Below are positions 8,603 to 17,521 of a stretch of DNA of 58,553 nucleotides, one piece after another (the stretch's first letter is position 1; every line of letters begins with the position of its first letter). The position numbers and the translations under genes were made by a program. The DNA comes from Candidatus Deferrimicrobium sp. (GTDB lineage: Bacteria; Zixibacteria; MSB-5A5; GN15; FEB-12), in contig DATMWY010000204.1 in NCBI GenBank assembly GCA_035562415.1, forward strand, positions 1 through 58,553, in the 5' to 3' direction. Below the pieces are notes generated by a model. The model had not been told where the DNA came from. It saw only the letters and a program-made list of their open reading frames with translations, and did no database searches.

Positions 8603-10705
8603 TCACCGCTGAGGTGCCTGCTCGAGCATTGCTGCCGTCTGAGCCCAGAGCTGGCGGGCATACTGAGCCTTGAAGGGGTTGACCTTCACGGCGCACTCAT
8701 AGTATTGATTGGCCAGGACTTCCAGACTCCGGTCATGACCGAAGCCGGCCATCAGCTGCAAGGCCCGGCCACACTGAAGCTGAATATGAAAATCAGTGGG
8801 AAAACGATCGGCGAGACGAGCCAGATGCTGGTATGCCTCGCTATATTTTCCCTGCTGCCACACCAGGTCGGCCCGAAGAAGGCCGCCCGATTTCGACTCC
8901 GGATGCTGGCTGACAAACCTTTCAACAATTGTCAGGGCAGAGTCAAGCCGGCTCCGCTGAAACAAGTTTTGCGCCTGTTCGAACTCGCTTGGGCGATACG
9001 AACGCGCCTGCTCATTGGAGAACACATTACTGATATTGTAGAGCATTACTTCGACGTCGCGGATCCAGTACGCCGTCACGGGGACGAGGTCTTTCAAGAC
9101 CGGATAGGCGGCGATCGCCTCGGCCCAGTTGGATTCGTCGGCGGCAATATGAGTAATCGGTTGTCGGTCAAAGAGTGTCGAATCCAGATCGGCTACCTGA
9201 AAGAGATGAATAAACGATTTCAACGGCGTATTCAGCGTCAGGACCGGCCCATACGGCCCCGACACAACCGCTTCCGGTGACAGAATGGCCTGCAGATCCT
9301 GGTTGGCCTCCATGATATTGTAGTTGTCCGCGATAAGATGCTGCCGTCTGATTTGATAGCCATTGAATATGATTGAAAAGCACGCAAGCATCGCCGCACC
9401 AATCGTCAGCTTCCTTCGCGTGAGTGTGAAGTGGTATCGCCCGATGACGCGTCTGCTCACAAACGCCAGCACGATGCTTCCCGGCAGGGTAGCCCACGTC
9501 AGGGAGCGAATAGGACGCGGGAAGGTATTCCCAAAGAAGATATTGCCAATCGCATGAAACAAAAGGACCCAGAGCGCGAGCGTGAGGATCACCGTCGGTC
9601 CCTTGTTCAGTCTCACCGGAGTACTCACGCGCGCGTTCGACATCGTGTCGAACAGGCCAAAGCAGAACAGGATAATCGCAGCAATGACCAGCAAACCATA
9701 GCGCAAGGGCGAATAGTTGAGCGGCGCCAGTCCCAGAATGGCGGCGATGATAACGAACATCGAAAAGACAGTCGGCGGCGAAAGCTCGCCGATCTTCCTG
9801 CCGGAACTGAGAAATAGTACCAAAAGCAGCAGCCCGAAAAACCAAAACAGCAAAAGATCAATATCGAGGTAAAACAGGTGATTGGTGAACCCGTAGGAGA
9901 TGACATGCTCGACAAACGCCCACGGCGAGCGCAAACCGTCGGGGAATCCTCTCAGGCCATAGGATTGCTCGCCCACGTACGCAAATGCGGCGCGGACGTC
10001 ACGCCCGTAGAGCAAAACGGAGACAACGACGGCGGTCAGCAGGAAGGCAACTACGGCCGGTGCGGTCCGCCTGCGAACTTGACCTTGTCGAGAGAGCACT
10101 ATTGCCGCCACCAGCGCCGGCAGCAGCAGAGCGCCAAACAGCTTGCCGGTGAGCGTCGCCAGGGCCACCAGCGCGCCGGACAGAGCCACGCCCCACCAGC
10201 GATTTCCCCACCACGAATAGACGAAGACGACGAGCGCCGACAGAAATATGAGGCCGTTTTCAAGGTAGGACAGGCGCCCATAGGTAAACAATGTAACGTT
10301 CATGATGAAGCACACGGACGCCACGAGATATACCCAGGGCCGATGGTGGCGCGTCAGGGCGAGAAGGAAAAACAGCAATGCCGCCATCGATAGCAATACT
10401 CCCACGAGATTCGCGTCGCGCAATGACTCTCCCGCGACGGCGAACCAGACATAACTCACCAGCGAGACGAGTGAATGATGGTAGACCGTCCAGCGCGGAT
10501 AGTCATAAGGGTCGGGATCGTCAAAGAGAATCGCGTTTCTGGCGTGAAACACGTACTGGGCCGGGTCGGTCGATAGCGATTGGCCGAGACCCTCGTAGTA
10601 CATGGGCGGGTCGGACGTGAGATCGGATTGCCAGAAGATGAATCCCCCGACGATTATCAGCAGAGCGAAGAGATGGTACGGATACTGTCTGCGAGGCGGT
10701 CGCAT
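8603..10705 (-). CDS. Polytopic membrane protein, ArnT/PMT-like (GT-C) glycosyltransferase with C-terminal TPR-like domain
   Basis: 700 aa. Many hydrophobic helices in the first ~480 aa with GT39-like organisation. Soluble helical-repeat C-terminus. Function is inferred from architecture only. Confidence 0.55.
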   Translation of the reverse strand: MRPPRRQYPYHLFALLIIVGGFIFWQSDLTSDPPMYYEGLGQSLSTDPAQYVFHARNAILFDDPDPYDYPRWTVYHHSLVSLVSYVWFAVAGESLRDANLVGVLLSMAALLFFLLALTRHHRPWVYLVASVCFIMNVTLFTYGRLSYLENGLIFLSALVVFVYSWWGNRWWGVALSGALVALATLTGKLFGALLLPALVAAIVLSRQGQVRRRTAPAVVAFLLTAVVVSVLLYGRDVRAAFAYVGEQSYGLRGFPDGLRSPWAFVEHVISYGFTNHLFYLDIDLLLFWFFGLLLLVLFLSSGRKIGELSPPTVFSMFVIIAAILGLAPLNYSPLRYGLLVIAAIILFCFGLFDTMSNARVSTPVRLNKGPTVILTLALWVLLFHAIGNIFFGNTFPRPIRSLTWATLPGSIVLAFVSRRVIGRYHFTLTRRKLTIGAAMLACFSIIFNGYQIRRQHLIADNYNIMEANQDLQAILSPEAVVSGPYGPVLTLNTPLKSFIHLFQVADLDSTLFDRQPITHIAADESNWAEAIAAYPVLKDLVPVTAYWIRDVEVMLYNISNVFSNEQARSYRPSEFEQAQNLFQRSRLDSALTIVERFVSQHPESKSGGLLRADLVWQQGKYSEAYQHLARLADRFPTDFHIQLQCGRALQLMAGFGHDRSLEVLANQYYECAVKVNPFKAQYARQLWAQTAAMLEQAPQR

Positions 10706-10724
10706 TGGCTGACCGTTCTTGAGA

Positions 10725-11780
10725 CTATTCCACTTTGATGGAAACGCTGCCGCGAAGTTCGATCTCTCCGATGCGCTCCGCGAATATGCCGCGTCTCTCC
10801 GCTTCCCGCTCGAATGCGTCGGCCCGGCTCTTGGCGATGCAAATCAACAGACCGCCGGACGTCTGCGGGTCGTACATAACGTGAATCAGGTTTCGGTCGA
10901 TGGTGGCCGCCAGGCTCACTTCTTCCTGAACAAACTCCCGGTTGGCGGCGGTTCCGCCCGGTATCATGCCGGCCTCAGCCAGCTCAAGCACCTGCGGCAT
11001 GAGAGGCAAACTTTCGGCGAACATTCGAATAGTGACTTCCGAGGCCTGCGCCATTTCCAGCGCGTGTCCGAGCAAGCCGTAGCCGGTAATGTCGGTAGCG
11101 GCGTGGGCGTCAAACTCAATCATCAATTCGCACGCGTCTTTGTTAAGCTGAGCCATTTGCGCCGTCACCAGCGCGGTCAGTTCCGGGCTGACGGCGTTTC
11201 GCTTGATGCCCGTGGTAATGAGGCCGGTGCCAAGCGGCTTGGTCAAAAACAACCGATCGCCGGCCCGCGCGCCGGCGTTCGTGATTATCTTGTTCGGATC
11301 GATCAGGCCGGTTACGGCGATACCATACTTGAGTTCTTTATCCTTGATTGAGTGCCCGCCAACGACGACGGCTCCGGCTTCCTCGACCTTTTCCGTGCCT
11401 CCGCTTAGGATGCCGGTGAGGATTTCGATGGGCATGGTGTCGGACGGGAAACAGACAATGTTCATGGCCGTGAGCGGGCGCCCGCCCATGGCATAAACGT
11501 CCGAAAGTGCGTTGGCGGCGGCGATGCGGCCGAACTCGTACGGGTCATCCACGATGGGCGGGAAAAAATCCACTGTCTGCACCAGCGCCTGACGATCACT
11601 AATGCGAAAGACTCCGGCGTCATCGGCCGTGCCAAAGCCCACCAGCAGGTCCGGATGCGAGGACAGAGGAACACCTTGTAATGCTTGCACCAACAACTTT
11701 GGCGCCAGTTTCGACGCTCAACCGGCACAGCTTACTTCGGCGGTGAGCTTGATTTCCGTTTCTCGTCGGCGGTCAGTCAT
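10725..11780 (-). CDS. selD: Selenide, water dikinase (selenophosphate synthetase), selenocysteine-containing form
   Basis: The track ORF (323 aa from 11696) lacks the N-terminal active-site loop. Reading upstream in the same frame gives MTDRRRETEIKLTAEVSCAG-TGA-ASKLAPKLLVQAL. The TGA (11720-11718) aligns with Cys17 of E. coli SelD (GAGCGCKISPKVL). The rest is typical SelD (DDAGV, FGRIAAANALSDVYAMGG, GGHSI). Confidence 0.88.
11687..11720 (-). promoter_or_regulatory. Sec-UGA plus candidate bacterial SECIS hairpin
   Basis: Twelve nt after the UGA comes GCGCCAA-AGUUG-UUGGUGC: a 7-bp stem with one G-U pair and a 5-nt loop (11705-11687). Confidence 0.5.
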
Positions 11781-11923
11781 ATCATGACAATCTACACGAA
11801 GTGCCTGATATTGGCAACCGGTCTTAGATACGGCATTGACAGATTCGCTCGCGGCCGTCTCTACGATTATTTAGCACGAATAGGCAGGTTTCAAGAGAGA
11901 TGTGCCCTACGAAGAATTCACCA

Positions 11924-12601
11924 CTACAGTAAGTTGCCGTTCGATTCGATCACGCCGTCGCGAAGCTTGACGATTCGCTGCGCCTGGCGGGAGATTGTCT
12001 GATCATGAGTAATGATGATTACGGTCTTTCCGGAGCGCCACAGCTCGTGAAACATTTTGATTATTTCTCCGCCTGAGGCCGAATCGAGATTGCCGGTCGG
12101 TTCATCGGCAAGAATGACGTCCGGCTCGTTGGCCAGAGCGCGGGCGATGGCGACGCGCTGCATTTCTCCCCCTGACATCTCGGTCGGTTTGTTGGCGGCC
12201 TTGTCGACCAATCCAACTCGCGCCAAAAGCTCGGTGATGCGCTGCCGCCGTTTACGCGCGCCGACTCCCGCAAATAGCAGCGGCACCTCGACGTTTTCAA
12301 AGGCGGTGGCATACGGCAGCAGGTTGAACGCCTGAAAGACGAACCCGATTTTCTTGTTGCGGATGTCGGCCAACTGGTTGGAGCTCAGACTGCTCACCGG
12401 CTGCCCTTCGAGTTTGTACTCACCGAGGGTGGGCACGTCGAGACAGCCGATAATGTTCATGAGAGTCGACTTGCCGGAGCCGGACGGGCCGACCACGGCG
12501 ATCAATTCTCCGCGCCCGATGGTGAGGTCAATATCCCTGAGAGCCTGGAAGGTGACGGCGCCGGTGTTGTATGTCTTGGTGACACTGATGAGGTCTATCA
12601 T
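11924..12601 (-). CDS. ABC transporter ATP-binding protein, MacB/LolD family
   Basis: 225 aa. Walker [10 protein letters not shown], signature [14 protein letters not shown], Walker [12 protein letters not shown]. Confidence 0.93.
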   Translation of the reverse strand: MIDLISVTKTYNTGAVTFQALRDIDLTIGRGELIAVVGPSGSGKSTLMNIIGCLDVPTLGEYKLEGQPVSSLSSNQLADIRNKKIGFVFQAFNLLPYATAFENVEVPLLFAGVGARKRRQRITELLARVGLVDKAANKPTEMSGGEMQRVAIARALANEPDVILADEPTGNLDSASGGEIIKMFHELWRSGKTVIIITHDQTISRQAQRIVKLRDGVIESNGNLL

Positions 12602-12652
12602 TGCAGCTTACTCCATGCGACTGGTATCAAGATACGTTTTCATGGCGAGCTC

Positions 12653-13900
12653 TTACTCGTAACGTAACGACTCCACGGGATTCACGGAGGCCGCCTTCAG
12701 AGCCGGAAACAGCCCGGACAGAAGTCCCATGATGCTCAAGATGGCGACTACCATGACGCCGATTTCCACAGAGATAGTCGGGCGACCGAGAAACTCGAGC
12801 ACGTCGGATTCAATCGGCACCCGCTTGAACCCCTCGGTCAAAACATAGCTGACGGCCATGCCGCCCACTCCCCCGAGAAAGGTGATGAGCAACGACTCCA
12901 GAAGGAACTGCACGAGAATATACGACTTGCGGGCGCCGACGGCCATCTTGATGCCGATCTCGCGGGTGCGCTCTTTGATGGAGACATACATGATGTTGGC
13001 CACGCCGACGCCGGCGATGAGCAGCGTCAGCGCGCCGATAATGCCCAGAAATATCTGCAGGCCCAAAAGGATGTTGCTCATCTCACGCTGGTTTTCCACG
13101 ATGTCCCATACCCATAGTGCTTTGTCATCGGTCGGGTCGAACTTGAATTTCTCTCCGAGTACTTCAAACACGCGTCGCTCGACGGACTTCATATTATCCA
13201 GCGTCTGTGGTTTGTAGATGATCACCTGCAGATACCGATGGCCGAACATGGTCATGAACGTGGTCGCCGGAATCGAAAGCTTGTCTTCGTCCATGCCGCC
13301 ATAGGCGCCCATCTGCAGCTTGTGTTTCATCACGCCGATCACCGTAAACGGAACGGAGTTCACCATAATCTGCTTGCCGATCGCCTCCTCGTCGCCGAAA
13401 AGTCGCTTTTCAAGGGCATCTCCGAGAAAGGCGACGCGACGTTTCAACTGCATGTCGAGATCATTGATCATCCGCCCGCCGGACTCCGGAATGTGCGCGC
13501 GGATTTCTTCGAATTCCGGATAAATGCCGGTGACGTGCTCGCTGACCACCTTGTCCTTGTACTTGATGGTTTCGCCCCAGGTAGAGTATTCGCCGACGAC
13601 GTGTTTGAGCTCCGGCATCCGTTTTTTGAGGTACTCGACGTCATCTTCGGTAAATCGGATCGGTCGGCCCTTTCCCATGCCCTTATACGGCTTCGACGTC
13701 TGGTTTCCCCACAGGATGACGATTCCGTCGCCGATCCCCCGTTGATTCGTAGTCAGCTGCAGTCGCATCCCCTCGCCAAAAGCCAAAAGCAGCATGATCG
13801 ATATCGTTCCCCAGGCGAGCGCGATCAGCGTCAGCATGATACGCTTTCTCTGTTTGCGAAAGTCGCGGGCAAACACGCCGTAGATGATCGAGACTCTCAT
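12653..13900 (-). CDS. ABC transporter permease, MacB/FtsX type (periplasmic domain + FtsX C-terminal TMs)
   Basis: 415 aa. One N-terminal TM, a large extracytoplasmic domain, and a C-terminal FtsX-like helix bundle (ERTREIGIKMAVGAR). Confidence 0.9.
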   Translation of the reverse strand: MRVSIIYGVFARDFRKQRKRIMLTLIALAWGTISIMLLLAFGEGMRLQLTTNQRGIGDGIVILWGNQTSKPYKGMGKGRPIRFTEDDVEYLKKRMPELKHVVGEYSTWGETIKYKDKVVSEHVTGIYPEFEEIRAHIPESGGRMINDLDMQLKRRVAFLGDALEKRLFGDEEAIGKQIMVNSVPFTVIGVMKHKLQMGAYGGMDEDKLSIPATTFMTMFGHRYLQVIIYKPQTLDNMKSVERRVFEVLGEKFKFDPTDDKALWVWDIVENQREMSNILLGLQIFLGIIGALTLLIAGVGVANIMYVSIKERTREIGIKMAVGARKSYILVQFLLESLLITFLGGVGGMAVSYVLTEGFKRVPIESDVLEFLGRPTISVEIGVMVVAILSIMGLLSGLFPALKAASVNPVESLRYE

Positions 13901-13905
13901 CTTGT

Positions 13906-15147
13906 CTAAAATAGTTTCAGCGCCTGAACCGGCTGCAGGTTGGCGGCCCGACGCGCCGGGAAGATACCGGCCGCAAACCCGACTACCCCGAGGAGCAGCG
14001 TGGCCGCTATCGCGGCCGAGCCGTCAACCGCCGGCACGCCGATATATTCTTCGAGTTTGAACATCGGGAAGACCGTCACGACGCCGTAGGCAAACAGAAA
14101 TCCCAGCACGCCGCCCACGGCCGTGATGAGCAGCGTTTCAAAAACGAATTGTGACAGAATCATACTCTTGCGCGCGCCGAGGGCCATCTTGATGCCGATC
14201 TCCTTGGTTCGCTCTTCAAGGACGACGTTCATGATATTGGACACGCCGATCCCGCCGGTAATGAGGGTCGCCACACCGATTCCGACCAGAAACAACTGAA
14301 ACGCCAGAAAGAAGTTCTTGAGGAACACCAGACCCTCACTCACATCCCACACCGAGAGCGCTTCTTTGTCGGACGGATCAAAACGATAGCGCGCTCCGAG
14401 AATCTCCTGTATCTCGTTTCGACTTTGACGAATCGTGTGTTCCGGTCTGGCCTGCGCCACGAAGTCATTCAAATACAGGCGGGAGAACATAGCCTGAAAC
14501 GTCGACGACGGGATTATCCCTTTATTTTCATCTCGGCCGCTGTATGAGCTGTCCTGTTTTTTTGTCTTCAAGACGCCGATGACAGTGAACGGCACCTCAT
14601 TCACCAGCATGGTCTGACCCACCGCCGGCTCATCGCCGAACAGATCTTTTTTCAGCTTGTCGCCGATGAAAATGACGCGCCGCCGCTCGGCCATGTCGAG
14701 ATCATCGATGAAACGGGAACCCTCTTCCGGAATCAGATTGCGCATCTCGCCGAACTCCGGCCACACCCCCACGACATTCGTCAGCAGACTGTTTTTGCCG
14801 TATTTCAGGGTTACTCGCCAGCGGGAATACTCGGGCGAAATGCGCTCGATCGTGCGCGCCTTCGATTTTATGAGCGTCACGTCATCCTCGGTAAAACGCA
14901 CCGGCCGCCCTTTCGGCAGACCCTGATATTCCTTTGACGTAACTCCCGGCCAGAAGATGCCGATATTTTCGCCCAGCCCTTTTTGGGATTTCAATTGCGC
15001 CTCTTTTATCCCCTTGCCGAAAGCGAACAGCAGGACTATCGAGCATGTGCCCCAAAAGATACCGAACATGGTCAGAGCGCTGCGCAGCTTCTGGCGGCGC
15101 ATGTCGCTTAAGAACTGGCGAATGGACAATAGCGGGAGCATGGGCAA
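13906..15147 (-). CDS. ABC transporter permease, MacB/FtsX type (paralog of the downstream gene)
   Basis: 413 aa with the same architecture (ERTKEIGIKMALGAR). Only 5 nt separate it from the next gene. Confidence 0.9.
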   Translation of the reverse strand: MPMLPLLSIRQFLSDMRRQKLRSALTMFGIFWGTCSIVLLFAFGKGIKEAQLKSQKGLGENIGIFWPGVTSKEYQGLPKGRPVRFTEDDVTLIKSKARTIERISPEYSRWRVTLKYGKNSLLTNVVGVWPEFGEMRNLIPEEGSRFIDDLDMAERRRVIFIGDKLKKDLFGDEPAVGQTMLVNEVPFTVIGVLKTKKQDSSYSGRDENKGIIPSSTFQAMFSRLYLNDFVAQARPEHTIRQSRNEIQEILGARYRFDPSDKEALSVWDVSEGLVFLKNFFLAFQLFLVGIGVATLITGGIGVSNIMNVVLEERTKEIGIKMALGARKSMILSQFVFETLLITAVGGVLGFLFAYGVVTVFPMFKLEEYIGVPAVDGSAAIAATLLLGVVGFAAGIFPARRAANLQPVQALKLF

Positions 15148-15162
15148 GGTACCGTCAGCAAC

Positions 15163-16257
15163 TTACTCGCCGGTAATCTCCTTGGGCGGACGTTCGACCA
15201 GTAACTGCCCCTCTGAAAGCCCCTCAATGATCTCTATTTTGATGCCGTCTGAAAGGCCGGTCTTGACCTCGGCGGTCGTAATGATGCCGGCCGAGTCCTG
15301 CACTTCGACGGTGACTACCGAATCTTTCATTTTCACGAGGCGTTCCGGAACCAGGAGGATGTTTTCTTTCCTGGTAATGATGACGTCGGCATTGGCGCTG
15401 TAGCCGGCGCGGAGAAACTGCCGGCTCACTTCGCCGATCGCGATTTCGACTTCAAAGAGCGTCGATCCCTCTTCTTTGTGCGCCTTGGGTGAAATCTTTG
15501 ACAGGACGCCTGAAATTTTCTCGTTGGGCAGGGCGCCGATCTCTATCTCGACCGTCATTCCTTCCCGCAGCTTGCCGACGTCGATCTCGTCGACGTTCCC
15601 TTTGAATACGAGATCATCCATCTGGGCGAGCGTCATGAGCTCGGTTCCGGCCTGATACGAAGTGAGCGGCACCACCGGATCTCCTTCCTCGACCAAAAGC
15701 GACAGCACGGTTCCCTCGATGGGCGACTTGATGACATTGTCCACCATGCGATCGGCGATCTCGGTGTGTCCGGACTCGATGAGCGACAGCTTTTCCCGCA
15801 CGAGCTTGAGGCGCAGCTCACTCTCTTCACAGTCGGCGCGAGCTCGATCGTATTCCTGAAACGAGATCAACTGCTTGTCTTTGAGGCTGGTGGTGCGGTC
15901 GAATTCTCTTTTGGTATTGTCATACGTAACCTGGGCCAGTTCGACCTGCCGTTTGGCTTCCGCGAATTCCAACGGCGTCGGGTCCGGCGCGATGTCAAAC
16001 AGCGGCTGACCCGGTCGCACGACGTCGCCGACCTCGACATAGACCTTTCTGACGATCCCCGATATTTTCGATTTGACCGAGATTTCTCTTTTCGGATCGA
16101 TGCGGCCGACCGCGAGCGCTTTGTCGATAATCGTTCCCCTTTCGACGGGAACTGTTTTGAATCCGTTTTCCTTTTTGGCGGCGCCGTCAATGGCAAAAAA
16201 GAGCACGCCGCCGACCAGCGCGAGCGAGAATACGATCAGAAATATCTTCTTCAGCAT
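15163..16257 (-). CDS. Periplasmic adaptor (membrane fusion protein, HlyD/MacA family)
   Basis: 364 aa. N-terminal TM, lipoyl-like and coiled-coil hairpin segments, beta-barrel C-terminus. First gene of the MFP-permease-permease-ATPase operon. Confidence 0.9.
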   Translation of the reverse strand: MLKKIFLIVFSLALVGGVLFFAIDGAAKKENGFKTVPVERGTIIDKALAVGRIDPKREISVKSKISGIVRKVYVEVGDVVRPGQPLFDIAPDPTPLEFAEAKRQVELAQVTYDNTKREFDRTTSLKDKQLISFQEYDRARADCEESELRLKLVREKLSLIESGHTEIADRMVDNVIKSPIEGTVLSLLVEEGDPVVPLTSYQAGTELMTLAQMDDLVFKGNVDEIDVGKLREGMTVEIEIGALPNEKISGVLSKISPKAHKEEGSTLFEVEIAIGEVSRQFLRAGYSANADVIITRKENILLVPERLVKMKDSVVTVEVQDSAGIITTAEVKTGLSDGIKIEIIEGLSEGQLLVERPPKEITGE

Positions 16258-16352
16258 GAACTGTAACTCCCGTCCTGTTCGGTGTGAAATTCATCTATTT
16301 CAAGTACGCCGAAACGCCAGGAATGTTTCCCTCGCCGGCTCCGGACGGCATT

Positions 16353-16414
16353 GTAGGGCAGGTCTGCCTCAGACCTGCCAGATAGTAGGCAGGTCCGAAG
16401 CGGACCTTCCCTAC
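16353..16414. repeat. REP-like composite element, family A (two GC hairpins bracketed by GTAGGG..CCCTAC)
   Basis: GTAGGGCAGGTCTGCCTCAGACCTGCC-agatagta-GGCAGGTCCGAAGCGGACCTTCCCTAC. Confidence 0.85.
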
Positions 16415-16439
16415 GAAGCTGGCGGGCTCATCGACCTTC

Positions 16440-16484
16440 GTCATCCTGAGCGGACTTGTCCGCCTTTGGAGGAGTCGAAGGATG
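16440..16484. repeat. Hairpin repeat, family E (GTCATCCTGRGCGGACTTGTCCGCCTTTGGA)
   Basis: A second copy lies at 25284-25314. The outer arms CATCCT..AGGATG are complementary. Confidence 0.75.
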
Positions 16485-16588
16485 CCCTCCGTTTCGTAAC
16501 AACGTAATCATGGTTCGACTCCGCTCACCATGACATTGCTGATGTCCGTACAGCTTCTTGGGGAACTTCTGGGGCAGCCTCGAGACGT

Positions 16589-16673
16589 ACGCTCACCACG
16601 AATCGAGTGTGGCATCTCCAAACTGGTTTGGGGATGCATGATCACCCCCAGAGTCAATTTGGGGGTGGCACCC
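16589..16673. repeat. 85-bp repeat, family F, copy 1 (two internal hairpins)
   Basis: By eye, 74 of 85 positions are identical to 16795-16879. Contains CACCCCCA..TTGGGGGTG and GCATCTCCAAAC..GTTTGGGGATGC stems. Confidence 0.85.
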
Positions 16674-16708
16674 GGTGGTTAGGTCAGCAAGTGAGACAAC
16701 CACAATTA

Positions 16709-16733
16709 GTCATTCCTGCGAAAGCAGGAATCC
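16709..16733. repeat. Hairpin repeat, family D (GTCATTCCTGCGAARGCAGGAATCC)
   Basis: Also present at 36893-36917 and 57596-57620, with an inverted variant at 57632-57656. Confidence 0.85.
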
Positions 16734-16752
16734 ATCTGTGTTCGTACGCGGC

Positions 16753-16805
16753 GGACGTCCCCGTCCATCGCGGAGAGTGGGCGCACGGGGACGGACGCCC
16801 ACCAC
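16753..16805. repeat. 53-bp repeat, family G, copy 1
   Basis: GGACGTCCCCGTCC..ACGCCCACCAC. About three quarters identical to 17399-17451. Its 3' end overlaps the start of family F copy 2. Confidence 0.7.
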
Positions 16806-16879
16806 GGTTCGAGTGTGGCATCTCCACACATGTTTGGGGATGAAAAATCACCCCCAAAGTGAATTTGGGGGTGGCACCC
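16795..16879. repeat. 85-bp repeat, family F, copy 2
   Basis: Direct repeat of 16589-16673, offset by 206 bp. Confidence 0.85.
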
Positions 16880-16883
16880 AGTT

Positions 16884-16946
16884 GTATGGCAGGGGCTCCT
16901 TGCTTCTGCCTATCATTTTGGCAGGTCTGAAGCAGACCTGCCCTAC
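16884..16946. repeat. REP-like composite element, family A
   Basis: GTATGGCAGGGGCTCCTTGCTTCTGCCTA-tcatttt-GGCAGGTCTGAAGCAGACCTGCCCTAC. Confidence 0.85.
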
Positions 16947-16989
16947 AAATAAACTGACGCCGCTAAGGAGGAGCCTTTTGTCACGGTTG

Positions 16990-17364
16990 TTATACCCAGC
17001 CCCGCTTCTTGTACATGTCGAAACCGACCGCCAGAGCCGCCTTGACTTGTCCAATCAGCATTGGATCCAGCGTCTTGATATGGAAGCAGGACTTGCCCTT
17101 GAGCAACCTCAAGAGCTCCGGCTGGAATACCTTCTTAATGTCCGCATCGGCGTAGACCGGCATGAAGTAGAAGCCAACATAGCTGCTCTGAATTATCAGT
17201 CCGGCGAAATACACGTCCTTTCGCTTCCGGCCTTCGATCTCGACCGGCTTTGTAGTCCAGAGATCGTAGCGCGAGTCAGAGTCGACTTTCGCCACCAGCG
17301 GCGGCTCGTAGCGCTTGAGTTCTTTTTTCAGAGTTTGAAAGATTTCGGATAGCGTCGGTGCCAT
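16990..17364 (-). CDS. Small conserved hypothetical protein (possibly DUF1801/YdhG-like)
   Basis: 124 aa from the ATG at 17364, with GGAGG upstream. Protein-like composition (YFAGLIIQSSYVGFYFMPVY, LLKGKSCFHIK). The longer track ORF reads into a repeat. Confidence 0.65.
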   Translation of the reverse strand: MAPTLSEIFQTLKKELKRYEPPLVAKVDSDSRYDLWTTKPVEIEGRKRKDVYFAGLIIQSSYVGFYFMPVYADADIKKVFQPELLRLLKGKSCFHIKTLDPMLIGQVKAALAVGFDMYKKRGWV

Positions 17365-17398
17365 AACATGCCTCCAAATAGTATTCTCCGTGCGCGGT

Positions 17399-17451
17399 GG
17401 ACGTCCCCGTCCGCCGCTACGGATGGGCGCAGGAGAACGTACGCCAACCAC
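17399..17451. repeat. 53-bp repeat, family G, copy 2
   Basis: GGACGTCCCCGTCC..ACGCCAACCAC. Confidence 0.7.
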
Positions 17452-17460
17452 TCATTTGGT

Positions 17461-17521
17461 GTATGGCAGAAGCTCCGTGTTTCTGCCTAGTATTGGCAGG
17501 TCTGAAGCAGACCTGCCCTAC
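17461..17521. repeat. REP-like composite element, family A
   Basis: GTATGGCAGAAGCTCCGTGTTTCTGCCTA-gtatt-GGCAGGTCTGAAGCAGACCTGCCCTAC. The terminal CCCTAC contains the TAG stop (17518-17520) of the aminotransferase gene. Confidence 0.85.

Noticed and set aside
8467-8661. N-terminal extensions of track ORFs (SOD to 8661, aminotransferase to 18816, hydratase to 38977, carboxyltransferase to 40760, DUF1801-like to 17451, PIG-V-like from 23154)
   Set aside because: Internal ATG starts with good SDs give family-typical N-termini. The extensions run through REP/MITE repeats or non-protein-like sequence.
16260-17521. Repeat-dense region considered as a CRISPR array
   Set aside because: The repeats belong to several different families, are themselves long palindromes, occur in both orientations, and are not regularly spaced with unique spacers. 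No cas genes are in the window.
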